Source: an uncultured Pseudomonadota bacterium (lineage in GTDB: Bacteria > Pseudomonadota > Gammaproteobacteria > CAJXQU01). From it: 64,000 bases of DNA. The notes beneath the pieces were generated by a model that did no database searches, was not told the DNA's origin, and worked only from the letters and a program-made list of their open reading frames with translations. Made by a program: the position numbers and the translations under genes. Location: NCBI GenBank assembly GCA_913058255.1, contig CAJXQU010000012.1:6869-70868 (forward strand), given 5' to 3'. Below are positions 40,814 to 50,738 of this stretch, piece by piece (the stretch's first letter is position 1; each line of letters starts with the position of its first letter).

Positions 40814-41332
40814 TTAACGAATACTCACTCGTCTTAATGGATTTTTTAAAGCTTCAATAATTGCCCCACCACCCATCTCGATAAGATCTAATGCTTTTTC
40901 GAAAGCTGCTGTTTTGCGTCGGTAAGGATCGGGGACATCTGTGGTAGACAGTGCTGGGATAAAACTCATATATAAACGTAATTCGGCACGAGCTCTTTCT
41001 GGACGAAGGTATTCAATTCTCTGATAGTTTTCCTTATCCATAGCGAGGATAAAATCAAAATCATGAAAATCTTGTAACTCAAACTGCCGTGCTTTTATAC
41101 CGGCTAAACTGTATTCTCGACGAGCAGCTGCATTAACAGCATCAACATTGGATGAAGCTCCGGCAAAAGAAACTGCTTGAGTTCCAGCTGAGTCAATTTC
41201 GAATAACTCACCTACTCCAGCCTCTTCAAACTTTCTACGTAAAACTGATTCTGCGGTTGGTGAACGACAAATATTTCCTGTGCAGACCGTTAAAATTCTT
41301 TTTTTAGATTTATTTTGTAATATGTGTTGCAA
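40814..41332 (-). CDS. Low molecular weight protein-tyrosine phosphatase
   Basis: P-loop VCTGNICRS, IDSAGT, ILAMD, DVPDPY. Confidence 0.93.
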   Translation of the reverse strand: MQHILQNKSKKRILTVCTGNICRSPTAESVLRRKFEEAGVGELFEIDSAGTQAVSFAGASSNVDAVNAAARREYSLAGIKARQFELQDFHDFDFILAMDKENYQRIEYLRPERARAELRLYMSFIPALSTTDVPDPYRRKTAAFEKALDLIEMGGGAIIEALKNPLRRVSIR

Positions 41333-41384
41333 ATTATGCTCTTAGTTTTACTCTCTTACTATCCGAATTCAATAATAGTAGAGT

Positions 41385-41630
41385 TTATTGATGGTCTCTA
41401 CTCGACATTTGCAAGACTCGATCAGCGAGTTCAACAACACGAGCAGCGACAAAAAAGATAATAGATAAGTTTAAACACGTAAGACAGACTCTTAGGCTGG
41501 TTCCTTCTATCGTCATTGTCCCAGAGACCCAATATACTATTAGTGATAAGACTGAAACAGATAGAGTTATAACGCCAGCCCAGTCAAAAAAGCGTGCCAC
41601 GATGCCTTGCGGTGCTCGGCGAAAGCGCAT
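41385..41630 (-). CDS. Hypothetical small membrane protein (2 TM)
   Basis: ORF fills the gap between kdsB and the PTP gene; two hydrophobic helices. Start uncertain (41630 has a purine-rich upstream run; 41711 is the track start). Confidence 0.55.
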   Translation of the reverse strand: MRFRRAPQGIVARFFDWAGVITLSVSVLSLIVYWVSGTMTIEGTSLRVCLTCLNLSIIFFVAARVVELADRVLQMSSRDHQ

Positions 41631-41938
41631 GGTTAAATCTTTTCTATCTACAGAATTGATGAGCATTATTAATAAACCTCTTTGAATAATTCTATATGCA
41701 TTAACATACAATTTATTATGTGCACATTATAGGCCTGTTCAATGCGGTAGTGGGTATTCGATGCTTGTGTTTGCAGTAGTTAACACGAAGCTGAACAGAG
41801 AGTTAAATTTAAGATTTTTTATCAAAATTTCTGCACCCTAGATTGTCTAATGTAGACTTAAAATGAGCTATTGTTGATTTACTTGAAAAGTATAGTAAAA
41901 AAGATGTATTCCAAACCCAGCTTTAACCTATTCGACTC

Positions 41939-42694
41939 TTAAAGGAGTTGCTTGGCTTTCTCTAGGTCTGCTTGTGTGTCAATGCCGATACCTGCAAACT
42001 CCTTTGCCACTTCAACCTTGATACGATAACCGTGATACACCACTCTTAGCTGTTCTAGGCTCTCCTGTTGTTCGATCTGACAAGCTTCAAGCTGGGGATA
42101 TTTTTTTAGAAATTTTGTGCGATAGGCATAGAGTCCAATGTGGCGAAAACAATTATCAATAAGCGTTATATTTTTGCCTTCTGCCTGACCATAACTGTCA
42201 CGAACCCATGGGATTGGAGCACGACTAAAATAAAGAGCGTGTTTAAGATGATCGACAACAACCTTAACTACATTTGGATCAAAAATGTCATCTGCAGACG
42301 TTATCGTTTCACATAGAGTAGACATCGCAGAATCCGGTGAACCCTTTAATGTATCCGCAACCTGATCAAGCAAGCTCGCGGGCATCATCGGTTCATCACC
42401 TTGTAAATTAACGACAATCTCATCATCTTTAAGCTGTAACTGTTCGACCACTTCTGACAGCCGATCAGTTCCAGATGGGTGATCCTTCCGTGTCATACAC
42501 ACCTTTGCACCAAAACCTACAGCAACTTTCTCAATCCGGACATCATCAGTTGCAACAATAACCTCTCTTGCCGAACTTTTGATAGCGCGTTCATAGACAT
42601 GTTGGATCAATGGTTTACCATTTATGTCGATCAAAGGCTTGCCGGGTAAACGTGTCGAACTATATCGCGAAGGAATGATTATTGTGTAAGACAT
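41939..42694 (-). CDS. kdsB: 3-deoxy-manno-octulosonate cytidylyltransferase
   Basis: IPSRYSSTRLPGKPL, HPSGTDRL, VNLQGDEP, ALYFSRAPIP, ESLEQLR. Confidence 0.98.
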   Translation of the reverse strand: MSYTIIIPSRYSSTRLPGKPLIDINGKPLIQHVYERAIKSSAREVIVATDDVRIEKVAVGFGAKVCMTRKDHPSGTDRLSEVVEQLQLKDDEIVVNLQGDEPMMPASLLDQVADTLKGSPDSAMSTLCETITSADDIFDPNVVKVVVDHLKHALYFSRAPIPWVRDSYGQAEGKNITLIDNCFRHIGLYAYRTKFLKKYPQLEACQIEQQESLEQLRVVYHGYRIKVEVAKEFAGIGIDTQADLEKAKQLL

Positions 42695-42696
42695 CC

Positions 42697-42888
42697 TTAC
42701 TTTCTCAACGCCTCTGCTTCTTCACTGCTTAAAGTCCTAGCTTGGTCTTCCAACATAACAGGAATTTCATCACGGATAGGATAAGCCAACTTTGCAGATA
42801 AGGAGATCAATTCAGCATTTGGTTTATCATAAATAAGTGGTCCTTTTGTAACAGGGCAGACAAGTATTTCTAGTAATTTTTTATCCAT
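42697..42888 (-). CDS. ycaR: Trm112 family protein (YcaR, UPF0434)
   Basis: [18 protein letters not shown]...[13 protein letters not shown]; conserved position between lpxK and kdsB. Confidence 0.93.
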   Translation of the reverse strand: MDKKLLEILVCPVTKGPLIYDKPNAELISLSAKLAYPIRDEIPVMLEDQARTLSSEEAEALRK

Positions 42889-42928
42889 ATTATCTCCTTC
42901 AAATCTTACGTTACTGTGCGAAACGTAA

Positions 42929-43921
42929 CTAGTTATGGTCTTTCAACATATGTTGTAAACGCTGTTCAAATATTTTCGGCAATTGTGCCTCGATCGACAC
43001 GTACCAAAGATTTAGGTTTGAGAACGTCAAACATTTTACCGCATCTTTCTCTGTCATGATGACAGGTTTATTATCATTAAAAGTTAGATCGGCTGCTTGA
43101 TATACATAGTGATCAGGAAATGCATGCTCAATAAGCTTCAAACCCTGCATGCGTAAACTCTCAAAAAAACGATCAGGATTACCTATTCCAGCAATAGCAT
43201 GGACGGTTTCATTTTGAAAATCATTAATAGAACGGCTTTCATTGCCTGACACTTGTAAAATATTAACGGCATGAAAGTACATAGAGAATTCACCTTCAAA
43301 CTCTCCACCATTACAGACAATGGCATCAACTGAATTTAATCGACAAGTTGGCTCACGGAGCGGGCCTGCAGGTAAGCATCTGCCATTGCCATGACGGCGC
43401 TGACTGTCAATCACACAGATCTCAAAATCACGTTGCAAAGAATAGTGTTGTAAGCCATCGTCACTGATCAAGATATCGCAATCCTGCTCAGCCAGTAGAC
43501 GACTGCCAGCCTCAAATCGATCGGGAGAGACATATAAGGGGACGCCTGTTTGTCTTACTATAACAACTGGCTCATCGCCAACTTGCATGACATCACTATC
43601 AGCATGCACTTGCTGTGGCCACTCTTGGCTTTGGCCTCCATAGCCTCGGCTAATAATCCCTGGCTTAAATCCCTGATCTTGCAAAAATTTAGCTAACCAG
43701 ATCACGAGCGGAGTCTTTCCTGTTCCACCGACTGAAATATTACCAACAATAATTACCGGAACAACAAGCTTATGGCTACGCAATAGGCCGTTTGAATACG
43801 CTTGTCGGCGTAATCTTGCGACTCCCCTAAACAACCAGCTCAGCGGTAACAATAATAAACTTAATGGATGATGAGGTGTTTCATACCAAATTTTCAGCCA
43901 TCCATCTTTTTTCTGATTCAT
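42929..43921 (-). CDS. lpxK: Tetraacyldisaccharide 4'-kinase
   Basis: [46 protein letters not shown]. Confidence 0.98.
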   Translation of the reverse strand: MNQKKDGWLKIWYETPHHPLSLLLLPLSWLFRGVARLRRQAYSNGLLRSHKLVVPVIIVGNISVGGTGKTPLVIWLAKFLQDQGFKPGIISRGYGGQSQEWPQQVHADSDVMQVGDEPVVIVRQTGVPLYVSPDRFEAGSRLLAEQDCDILISDDGLQHYSLQRDFEICVIDSQRRHGNGRCLPAGPLREPTCRLNSVDAIVCNGGEFEGEFSMYFHAVNILQVSGNESRSINDFQNETVHAIAGIGNPDRFFESLRMQGLKLIEHAFPDHYVYQAADLTFNDNKPVIMTEKDAVKCLTFSNLNLWYVSIEAQLPKIFEQRLQHMLKDHN

Positions 43922-43939
43922 GCTTTAAAACTAAGACAA

Positions 43940-44359
43940 CTACTGTTCTTTCTTGCGTTCAGTTGCAAAGGTGATTCGTAAAAAGTTTAAACGTCTTGCG
44001 GCATCGAGTACTGATACAACAGCTTGGTGTGTTGTTTGTTTATCCGCATTGACAACAATAAGTGGTTTTTTATTGTTACCGGCCGCCTCTTTGATCGCTT
44101 TTTCTATTGTCTCAGCTTGACTGTTGACCAATGGGATCTCATTGATGAAATATCGACCTCGAGCATCTATCGAAATTTTAATAGCATCCTCTTCATCCGG
44201 TGCGATAGAAGTGCTCGCTTCAGGCAAATCCAGTTTTATTTCAGACTCTTTAACGAAGGTTGTCGAAACCATAAAAAAGATCAGTAGCAGGAAAACAACG
44301 TCAATCAGTGGTGTTAAATTGAGATCGACTTCGTCTTCTTTACGAGGTCGAAGGTTCAT
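43940..44359 (-). CDS. exbD: Biopolymer transporter ExbD/TolR
   Basis: NLTPLIDVVFLLLIFFMV TM helix with the conserved Asp. Confidence 0.93.
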   Translation of the reverse strand: MNLRPRKEDEVDLNLTPLIDVVFLLLIFFMVSTTFVKESEIKLDLPEASTSIAPDEEDAIKISIDARGRYFINEIPLVNSQAETIEKAIKEAAGNNKKPLIVVNADKQTTHQAVVSVLDAARRLNFLRITFATERKKEQ

Positions 44360-45135
44360 CAGTCCAACTCCTTATCTTTCTTGGTAGTTTTAGGTCTTAC
44401 ATTTTTTGTAGAAACTTTTCTTTTACTTGTTTTTTTCACCGTTTTTGGTTTTTCAAGTTCTTCTGTTGGCTCATCAGTACTAGGCTCAGCTTTATCTGGA
44501 TCTGGAGCCACTTCTTTCTTAGCCTCATTCTCTCGCTCACCATGCATTACCTCAATCAGCTTAAGCGCTTCTTGCTCCATGCCGACCACGAGTTCATCTA
44601 TTTTACCCTTGAAATAACGATAAAAAATCAGAGAAGGAATAGCAATGGAAAGACCGGCAGCTGTCGTGATTAATGCTTTCGAAATACCGCCGGCAAGCAC
44701 TGTCGCATCACCGACACCTCGACTAGTGATAGCAGAAAAAACCTCGATCATCCCAAAAACGGTACCAAGCAAACCAAGTAATGGTGTGATCGCTGCAATG
44801 GTTCCAAGTGTATTTAGATACTTTTCAAGATCATGAACAACATGACGACCGACTTCCTCGATACTTTCTTTCATGACTTCACGGTCATGTTTTTGATTGA
44901 CCAAACCAGCAGACAATATTCGACCAAGTGGTGAACCGGTTCTCAAACTATGAATACGTTTTGGATCAATAGTTCCAGCCTTAGTCCATTGCCATACTTG
45001 CGCAACTAGGTTGTCTGGAATAATTCGCTTTCGGCGCAAGGCCAAAAAACGCTCAACGATGATGGCTAGTGCAACAACCGAACAGATCAAAATTGGCAGC
45101 ATCAAAAAACCACCCGCTTTTACGAAATCAAACAC
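44359..45135 (-). CDS. exbB: MotA/TolQ/ExbB proton channel protein with charged C-terminal tail
   Basis: LGTIAAITPLLGLLGTVFGMI, GGISKALITTAAGL; GTG start with GAGGGG RBS. Confidence 0.9.
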   Translation of the reverse strand: MFDFVKAGGFLMLPILICSVVALAIIVERFLALRRKRIIPDNLVAQVWQWTKAGTIDPKRIHSLRTGSPLGRILSAGLVNQKHDREVMKESIEEVGRHVVHDLEKYLNTLGTIAAITPLLGLLGTVFGMIEVFSAITSRGVGDATVLAGGISKALITTAAGLSIAIPSLIFYRYFKGKIDELVVGMEQEALKLIEVMHGERENEAKKEVAPDPDKAEPSTDEPTEELEKPKTVKKTSKRKVSTKNVRPKTTKKDKELD

Positions 45136-45204
45136 TTGTACTTCCCCTCGCTCTCACTTCTATTTGGGAGCAGACCATATCAGAGTCAACTCGTTCCGAA
45201 AAGA

Positions 45205-47514
45205 CTATTCTACATGATTACGGTTCCAGAAATGACTATGATTTTGACGATAAAGCTCAGGGCTTGAAATTGTTTTATCGATCATAAAGCTAATAGCACC
45301 TTCTTTGCTTGTCTCTAATAGTTTGAGACCCGCAGTTTGATAGCGTTTTTCGATCTTCTTGGCCGGATGGTGAAAGCGATTTCGATACCCTGCCGAGATT
45401 AAGACGTATTCAGGTGATGTCGCTGAGATAAATGCGAGTGTCGAAGAAGTTTTGCTTCCATGATGTGGAGCAATCAATATATCAATATCGAGTTGATCTT
45501 TATGCTCTGCTATTAATCTAGACTCTATCTTTGCTTCAATATCGCCTGTGAGCAAAACAGAGCCATATCCATTATCTACTTTGAGCACACAAGAACGATT
45601 ATTCTGGCTAAGTTCTGATGTGTTGGCTTCTGGGTGTAGGACTTCGAAACTAACACCATCCCAATTCCATTGTTGCCCTGCAAGGCAATGTTCAATATTA
45701 AAATCAGCAAACTGTTCAGGAACAGAACTCAAGGTTTGCTTAATAAACAGTTCCTTGGCTAAGGATGAGTAACCACCTGCATGATCATTGTCGCCATGGC
45801 TAACAATTACGGTGTCTAGGTTATCGATGTCACTCGCATGCAAATAAGGGAGTAACACCATCTTTCCAAGATCGAAATTGTCATTGAATTTAGCCCCTGT
45901 ATCATAAACTAGAACATGATTTTTTGTTCTGATGACCGTCGATAAGCCCTGTCCTACATCCAGTAATGTCAGTGAATAATCACCATGTGCTGGCGGCTCT
46001 GTTCGAATTAGAACGGCAGGAATTATGAAAAGAAGCCCAAGCCAACGACCAGGAAGCCCTTTCGGCATTAAGAAGAGAGCTACCGCAAAAAGACTTAACA
46101 GACATGCAATTGCTGAAGAAATATTTCCACTCAAACTACTGAAAGGTAATGCTGCAATTTTTTCTAATATTGGCCAAAACAACTCAATGAGGTAGTCAGA
46201 GCTACTAAGTAACAGTATTCCTAAAGGTTTAAAGATACTTAAAAAGGCTATTCCTAATAAGATCATGGGTGTGATCAACAGTGTAAAGAATGGTACTGCG
46301 ATGATATTTGCAACGGGCCCTAGCAACGGGTTTTGACCGAAGAATATCAATAGGATCGGTGATAGACCTATTGCAAGAATGAAATGGACCTTTAACGAAG
46401 TTCGCCAGAGTTTAGGTGCTTTAGTTCGGCCTGAGACAGTATAAAAAATAATGGCCACTGCGGAAAATGATAACCAAAATCCAGGTGCAATCACCGATGC
46501 TGGCGAGAACAGCAAAACGCTAAAGAGTGCGATAGAGAAAATATCAAAACGTGACATTTCTCTATGCGATAAAAGACACAGCATGATAACGGTCACCATG
46601 ATCAGTGCGCGCTGAGTCGGTATCGAAAAACCCGCTAAACCCGCATAGACAAATGCGCCGAGGATAGCAAAAATCGCCCCAGCTTTTACGGCTGGTAACC
46701 AATGCAACGTAATTACAGGCAATGACCAAAACCAACGTCCGATGAAAAAAGCTAATGCAGCAATGAAACTGATATGTAGGCCTGAAATGGCGGTTAAATG
46801 AATGGTTCCTGTTTTACGTAATATACGCCAGTCTGTTTGATTTATATCATCTTTGATACCCAGCCCCATCGCTGGAATGATGCCGTTAACATGGCCTACA
46901 GAAGATCTTAGATCATCATAAATATTTGCACGCCAACGATGGATGTTTTGTAAGATACTAACCGTTACCATATCTAACTTATGTGCTTGCTTTATATAAC
47001 CCGTTGCATTGATCCCTTGTTGAAACAAACTAGCTTCATAATCTCTCCCTCCTGGGTTCATAAAACCATTAGGGCGCTTTAAACGGATGGTAAACTGCCA
47101 TGTCTCCCCTGCTGACACGATCGGAGGATTAAGCTGAGAACCCTTCTCGTACCAACTCAACTTAACTAAATAAGGCCGTATTAGCTTTTGATCAATAGCC
47201 TCAATAGACTTTATTTTAAAAGTGAACTGTTGCTTGTTTGAATATCGACGAGGAAGATCAACAACACTCCCAGTTACAACGAGTGTTTGCCCTTCTAACT
47301 CATGAGGCAACTGGTTAATTAATACTAGATCGGCGCGAAAAAATGCCCAAATGAACCCACAGATAAACGCTATGAATAAACGTGAGTGTTTATTGAAAAG
47401 AAACAGAATACAGAAAGGGAGCAATGCTAGACACCAACTTTTTTCCGGCATCAGCGGAAGCTGGTAGAAAAGTAAAATACCGATAACAAATGCAAAAACC
47501 CGTGTTTTCATCAA
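45205..47514 (-). CDS. comEC: DNA internalization competence protein ComEC/Rec2
   Basis: DUF4131 OB region, GTIHLTAISGLH, PTQRA, GFWLSF, metallo-beta-lactamase domain (DVGQG, SHGDNDHAGG, PHHGSKTSS). Confidence 0.96.
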   Translation of the reverse strand: MMKTRVFAFVIGILLFYQLPLMPEKSWCLALLPFCILFLFNKHSRLFIAFICGFIWAFFRADLVLINQLPHELEGQTLVVTGSVVDLPRRYSNKQQFTFKIKSIEAIDQKLIRPYLVKLSWYEKGSQLNPPIVSAGETWQFTIRLKRPNGFMNPGGRDYEASLFQQGINATGYIKQAHKLDMVTVSILQNIHRWRANIYDDLRSSVGHVNGIIPAMGLGIKDDINQTDWRILRKTGTIHLTAISGLHISFIAALAFFIGRWFWSLPVITLHWLPAVKAGAIFAILGAFVYAGLAGFSIPTQRALIMVTVIMLCLLSHREMSRFDIFSIALFSVLLFSPASVIAPGFWLSFSAVAIIFYTVSGRTKAPKLWRTSLKVHFILAIGLSPILLIFFGQNPLLGPVANIIAVPFFTLLITPMILLGIAFLSIFKPLGILLLSSSDYLIELFWPILEKIAALPFSSLSGNISSAIACLLSLFAVALFLMPKGLPGRWLGLLFIIPAVLIRTEPPAHGDYSLTLLDVGQGLSTVIRTKNHVLVYDTGAKFNDNFDLGKMVLLPYLHASDIDNLDTVIVSHGDNDHAGGYSSLAKELFIKQTLSSVPEQFADFNIEHCLAGQQWNWDGVSFEVLHPEANTSELSQNNRSCVLKVDNGYGSVLLTGDIEAKIESRLIAEHKDQLDIDILIAPHHGSKTSSTLAFISATSPEYVLISAGYRNRFHHPAKKIEKRYQTAGLKLLETSKEGAISFMIDKTISSPELYRQNHSHFWNRNHVE

Positions 47515-47579
47515 GGTTATTTTAGTTGTGCTGAGTTATACTTTATACACTTGAATCAATTGTTAGCGTTTCCTGTTCA

Positions 47580-48101
47580 ATGGATCCCAGAAAGTTTTAT
47601 AAACAATATATACCGCAGCGTCAGCATTTTGATGACCATCAGTACTTTAAACATTTAGGGGACTGGTTTCACGAACCTAACCTCTGGCATCTGAATCGAC
47701 GCTCTGCTGCAAACGCAGTGGCTGTTGGACTGTTTATTTCTTATATCCCAATCCCTGGCCAAGTTATCTTAGCCGCTCTTGTGGCGATATTTGCCCGTAT
47801 AAACCTCCCCTTGGCCGTCACTTCTGTATTTTTGACGAACCCTATCACGATGGGGCCAATGTTCTTACTCGCTTATAACGTAGGCGCTACAGTCTTAGAT
47901 ATTCCAGCAGAGATAACGCATTTCGAACTATCCTATCAGTGGCTATCAGAAACAATGGTACATATCTGGAAACCGTTGCTTACCGGATGCTTTATACTGG
48001 GTGTCTTCGTTTCAGCCATAGGTAATCTTTTAGTTCGAATTCTATGGCGCTTCCATCTGGTTCGTCGCTGGCGTAATCGCCGTTCACAACGAAAACCTTA
48101 G
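47580..48101 (+). CDS. DUF2062 domain-containing membrane protein
   Basis: PNLWHLNRRSAANAVAVGLF, RINLP, TNPITMGP; usual neighbour of comEC. Confidence 0.9.
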   Translation: MDPRKFYKQYIPQRQHFDDHQYFKHLGDWFHEPNLWHLNRRSAANAVAVGLFISYIPIPGQVILAALVAIFARINLPLAVTSVFLTNPITMGPMFLLAYNVGATVLDIPAEITHFELSYQWLSETMVHIWKPLLTGCFILGVFVSAIGNLLVRILWRFHLVRRWRNRRSQRKP

Positions 48102-48124
48102 CTCCTCCGGCCTCCACACACTTC

Positions 48125-48151
48125 TAAAGTTTCAGGTACAAATTCCGATAA
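48125..48151 (+). promoter_or_regulatory. Sigma28 (FliA) promoter upstream of the hybrid histidine kinase
   Basis: TAAAGTTT-N11-TCCGATAA against consensus TAAAGTTT-N11-GCCGATAA (15/16 match, exact spacing), 40 bp before the ATG. Confidence 0.75.
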
Positions 48152-48191
48152 GTAGTGCATGTAAACAGGCTGTAACACAAAACACGACACT

Positions 48192-50738
48192 ATGGATAAT
48201 AATGCCGACAACTCAATATCGAACTCTCTCGCGAATCAGGTAATCAAGGTATTTTCTGCTGTTGAAGCAAGCAGTGAAGGCATCTTCGTTACTGATATTA
48301 AAGGTAGAGTTGAATATGCCAACCAAAACTTTCTTGCTATAAGCGGTTGGTCTGAAGATGAAATCCTCGGCAGATCAATTAGTGAAATTCCTCATTCAAA
48401 AAACATTGCTTTAAAACTATTGGAGTCCCTCAACAAAGGAACTTCTTGGAGTATGAGACACCAAGTTTCATCTACTTTAAAAGCAAGAGAAAGAGGAAAA
48501 CCTAAGTTGACCTGGGTTCGCACAACAGTGGATCCCATTGAGGAATTATCCGGAGAAATATCAGGCTACATCGGTGTGCAACGTATTATCCATGATGAAG
48601 TGGAGCGAGAACTACAAGCCAAAAAAGAACTCAGCAATATTCTAGGTCTTGCCATCAAACAAGAAAGAACACTAGAAACCCTAAACAAATCCTATGAAGA
48701 GGCTTTACTGCAAGTTGCCACAAAGTCAGAGTTTCTAGCCAATATGAGTCATGAGATCAGAACACCTTTGAATGGGGTGCTAGGTATGGCTGAGTTATTA
48801 CAAGAAACCTCTTTAAATAATAAACAGTCACACCTGACTGAAATCATTCATCAATCAGGCAAAAATCTACTCAATTTAATTAACGATATTCTTGATCTAT
48901 CTAAGATCGAAGCGAACAAATTAGAGCTCAAAAATTCACCTAATGACCTACGTCTAATTGTAGAAGAAGTAGCGAGCACCTTTTCTGAACGTGCTTGTAA
49001 CAAAGGATTAGAACTAACATGCATCTATCCTGCGAATGATCACTCTTTGTTTATTTGTGATCGACAAAGACTCACTCAAATACTAAGTAATCTACTAAAC
49101 AACGCGATCAAATTTACGGATGTTGGTGAGGTGGTGATAGAAGTTAAGTTCGAAGAATTGAAAGGTAAACCTACTGTAATAATTGAGGTTAGAGATACAG
49201 GTATAGGTATATCCAAAGAAGATCAGGAAGCTATTTTTGGTTCGTTCTCACAATCATTACAAACACCAGAGCAAGCTGCTCAAGGTACTGGGCTTGGATT
49301 AACGATATGCAGACACCTTGCTGACCTGATGGGTGGTGAAATTGGCGTCAAAAGCAAACGTGGTGAAGGAGCGACTTTCTGGTTAGCAATCAGTTTTGAA
49401 AAAGATTCAGAACAAAGTCTTCAAACACAAACATCATCGAAAGAAGAACCCTTAAAAGGCTTGAAAGTTTTAATCGTAGATGACAACGAATCGAGTAGTA
49501 AAAATATTGCCCATCAATTAAAAGAGTGGAATATTGAACCAAACATGGTAGAAGATTTTTCTGCAGCTTTGATATTATTGGAAAAAGCCAAGCAAGAAGG
49601 AAAACCTTTTTCTATCGCCATGTTAGATCATGACATGCAAGAGTTTAGTGGTATCAATTTATCAGTCACCGTTAAGAAAAATAAAGCACTTGCAGACATA
49701 CCCTTAATTCTAATGAACTCTATTCGTGATCTTGAAGATACTATGGTGTGGACTACGGCTGGGGTTAAATCATACCTAACTAAACCCGTCAGACAATCAG
49801 ATTTATACAATGCCTTGATCGCCACGGTAAGCATTCCCAATAGAAAAAAAGAGTTGGAGTCCAGCAAAACTACTAGGGTCGAAAGCTTCAATGCGCATGT
49901 TTTGATCGCAGAAGACAATCCAGTTAATCAAGAGCTAGTCAAAATGTTACTCACTAAGCATGGCTGTACCTATAGCATAGCTAGAAATGGTGAGGAAGCT
50001 ATTGATCTTATCGAGACTCAAACAGACAAGCCATTTGATCTAATTTTGATGGATTGTCAGATGCCCATTATGGATGGATATGAAGCAACAAAAAGAATTC
50101 GTGCCATCATTGAGCCTGAAGTATCTATACCCATCGTCGCTATTACAGCAAACTCTATGGAAGGTGATCAGGATAAATGCATAGCATCAGGGATGGATGA
50201 TTATCTAACAAAGCCTTTCAGCCAGAAACAATTAGCCGTTACTTTGCAAAAATGGTTGCCTAATAAGATTTCAACTCCCCGAAAGGAATCTCTCTCTTCC
50301 ACAGTTGGCTCATTCGAACCTGAGGCTAATGAGGTTAATGTAACGAAAGGGACAGATACAGTACAGCTTGATGAAACAGAAACCGATATTTCTGAGCTAT
50401 TAAATAGAAACACTATTGATAATATACGTTCACTACAACGAGAAGGCTCTCCAGATATTCTAGGCAAAATCGTTGGCCTTTATCTCGATAATTCAAATAA
50501 AATAATGCAAGAAATAGAACAATCAGTTAGCGACAAAGATGGTAAATCTCTACGAAGTAGTGCTCACAGCCTTAAATCAAGCAGTGCCAACCTCGGGGCA
50601 GACAGGCTAGCAGACATGTGTAAAGCGATGGAACTTTGTGGAAAAGATAACCAGCTCAGTTCTGTTGATATCCAGTTTAAACAGCTCAAAAAACAATATG
50701 AAGTTACCTGTAATGCATTGAAGTTAGAGATCAGGTAA
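48192..50738 (+). CDS. Cytoplasmic hybrid (unorthodox) sensor histidine kinase: PAS-HisKA-HATPase-REC-REC-Hpt
   Basis: PAS GIFVTDIKGRVEYANQNF; H-box FLANMSHEIRTPLNG; N/G boxes NAIKFT, DTGIGI, GTGLGL; two receivers (MLDHDM, LMDCQMP); Hpt AHSLKSSS; no TM segments. Confidence 0.93.
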   Translation: MDNNADNSISNSLANQVIKVFSAVEASSEGIFVTDIKGRVEYANQNFLAISGWSEDEILGRSISEIPHSKNIALKLLESLNKGTSWSMRHQVSSTLKARERGKPKLTWVRTTVDPIEELSGEISGYIGVQRIIHDEVERELQAKKELSNILGLAIKQERTLETLNKSYEEALLQVATKSEFLANMSHEIRTPLNGVLGMAELLQETSLNNKQSHLTEIIHQSGKNLLNLINDILDLSKIEANKLELKNSPNDLRLIVEEVASTFSERACNKGLELTCIYPANDHSLFICDRQRLTQILSNLLNNAIKFTDVGEVVIEVKFEELKGKPTVIIEVRDTGIGISKEDQEAIFGSFSQSLQTPEQAAQGTGLGLTICRHLADLMGGEIGVKSKRGEGATFWLAISFEKDSEQSLQTQTSSKEEPLKGLKVLIVDDNESSSKNIAHQLKEWNIEPNMVEDFSAALILLEKAKQEGKPFSIAMLDHDMQEFSGINLSVTVKKNKALADIPLILMNSIRDLEDTMVWTTAGVKSYLTKPVRQSDLYNALIATVSIPNRKKELESSKTTRVESFNAHVLIAEDNPVNQELVKMLLTKHGCTYSIARNGEEAIDLIETQTDKPFDLILMDCQMPIMDGYEATKRIRAIIEPEVSIPIVAITANSMEGDQDKCIASGMDDYLTKPFSQKQLAVTLQKWLPNKISTPRKESLSSTVGSFEPEANEVNVTKGTDTVQLDETETDISELLNRNTIDNIRSLQREGSPDILGKIVGLYLDNSNKIMQEIEQSVSDKDGKSLRSSAHSLKSSSANLGADRLADMCKAMELCGKDNQLSSVDIQFKQLKKQYEVTCNALKLEIR

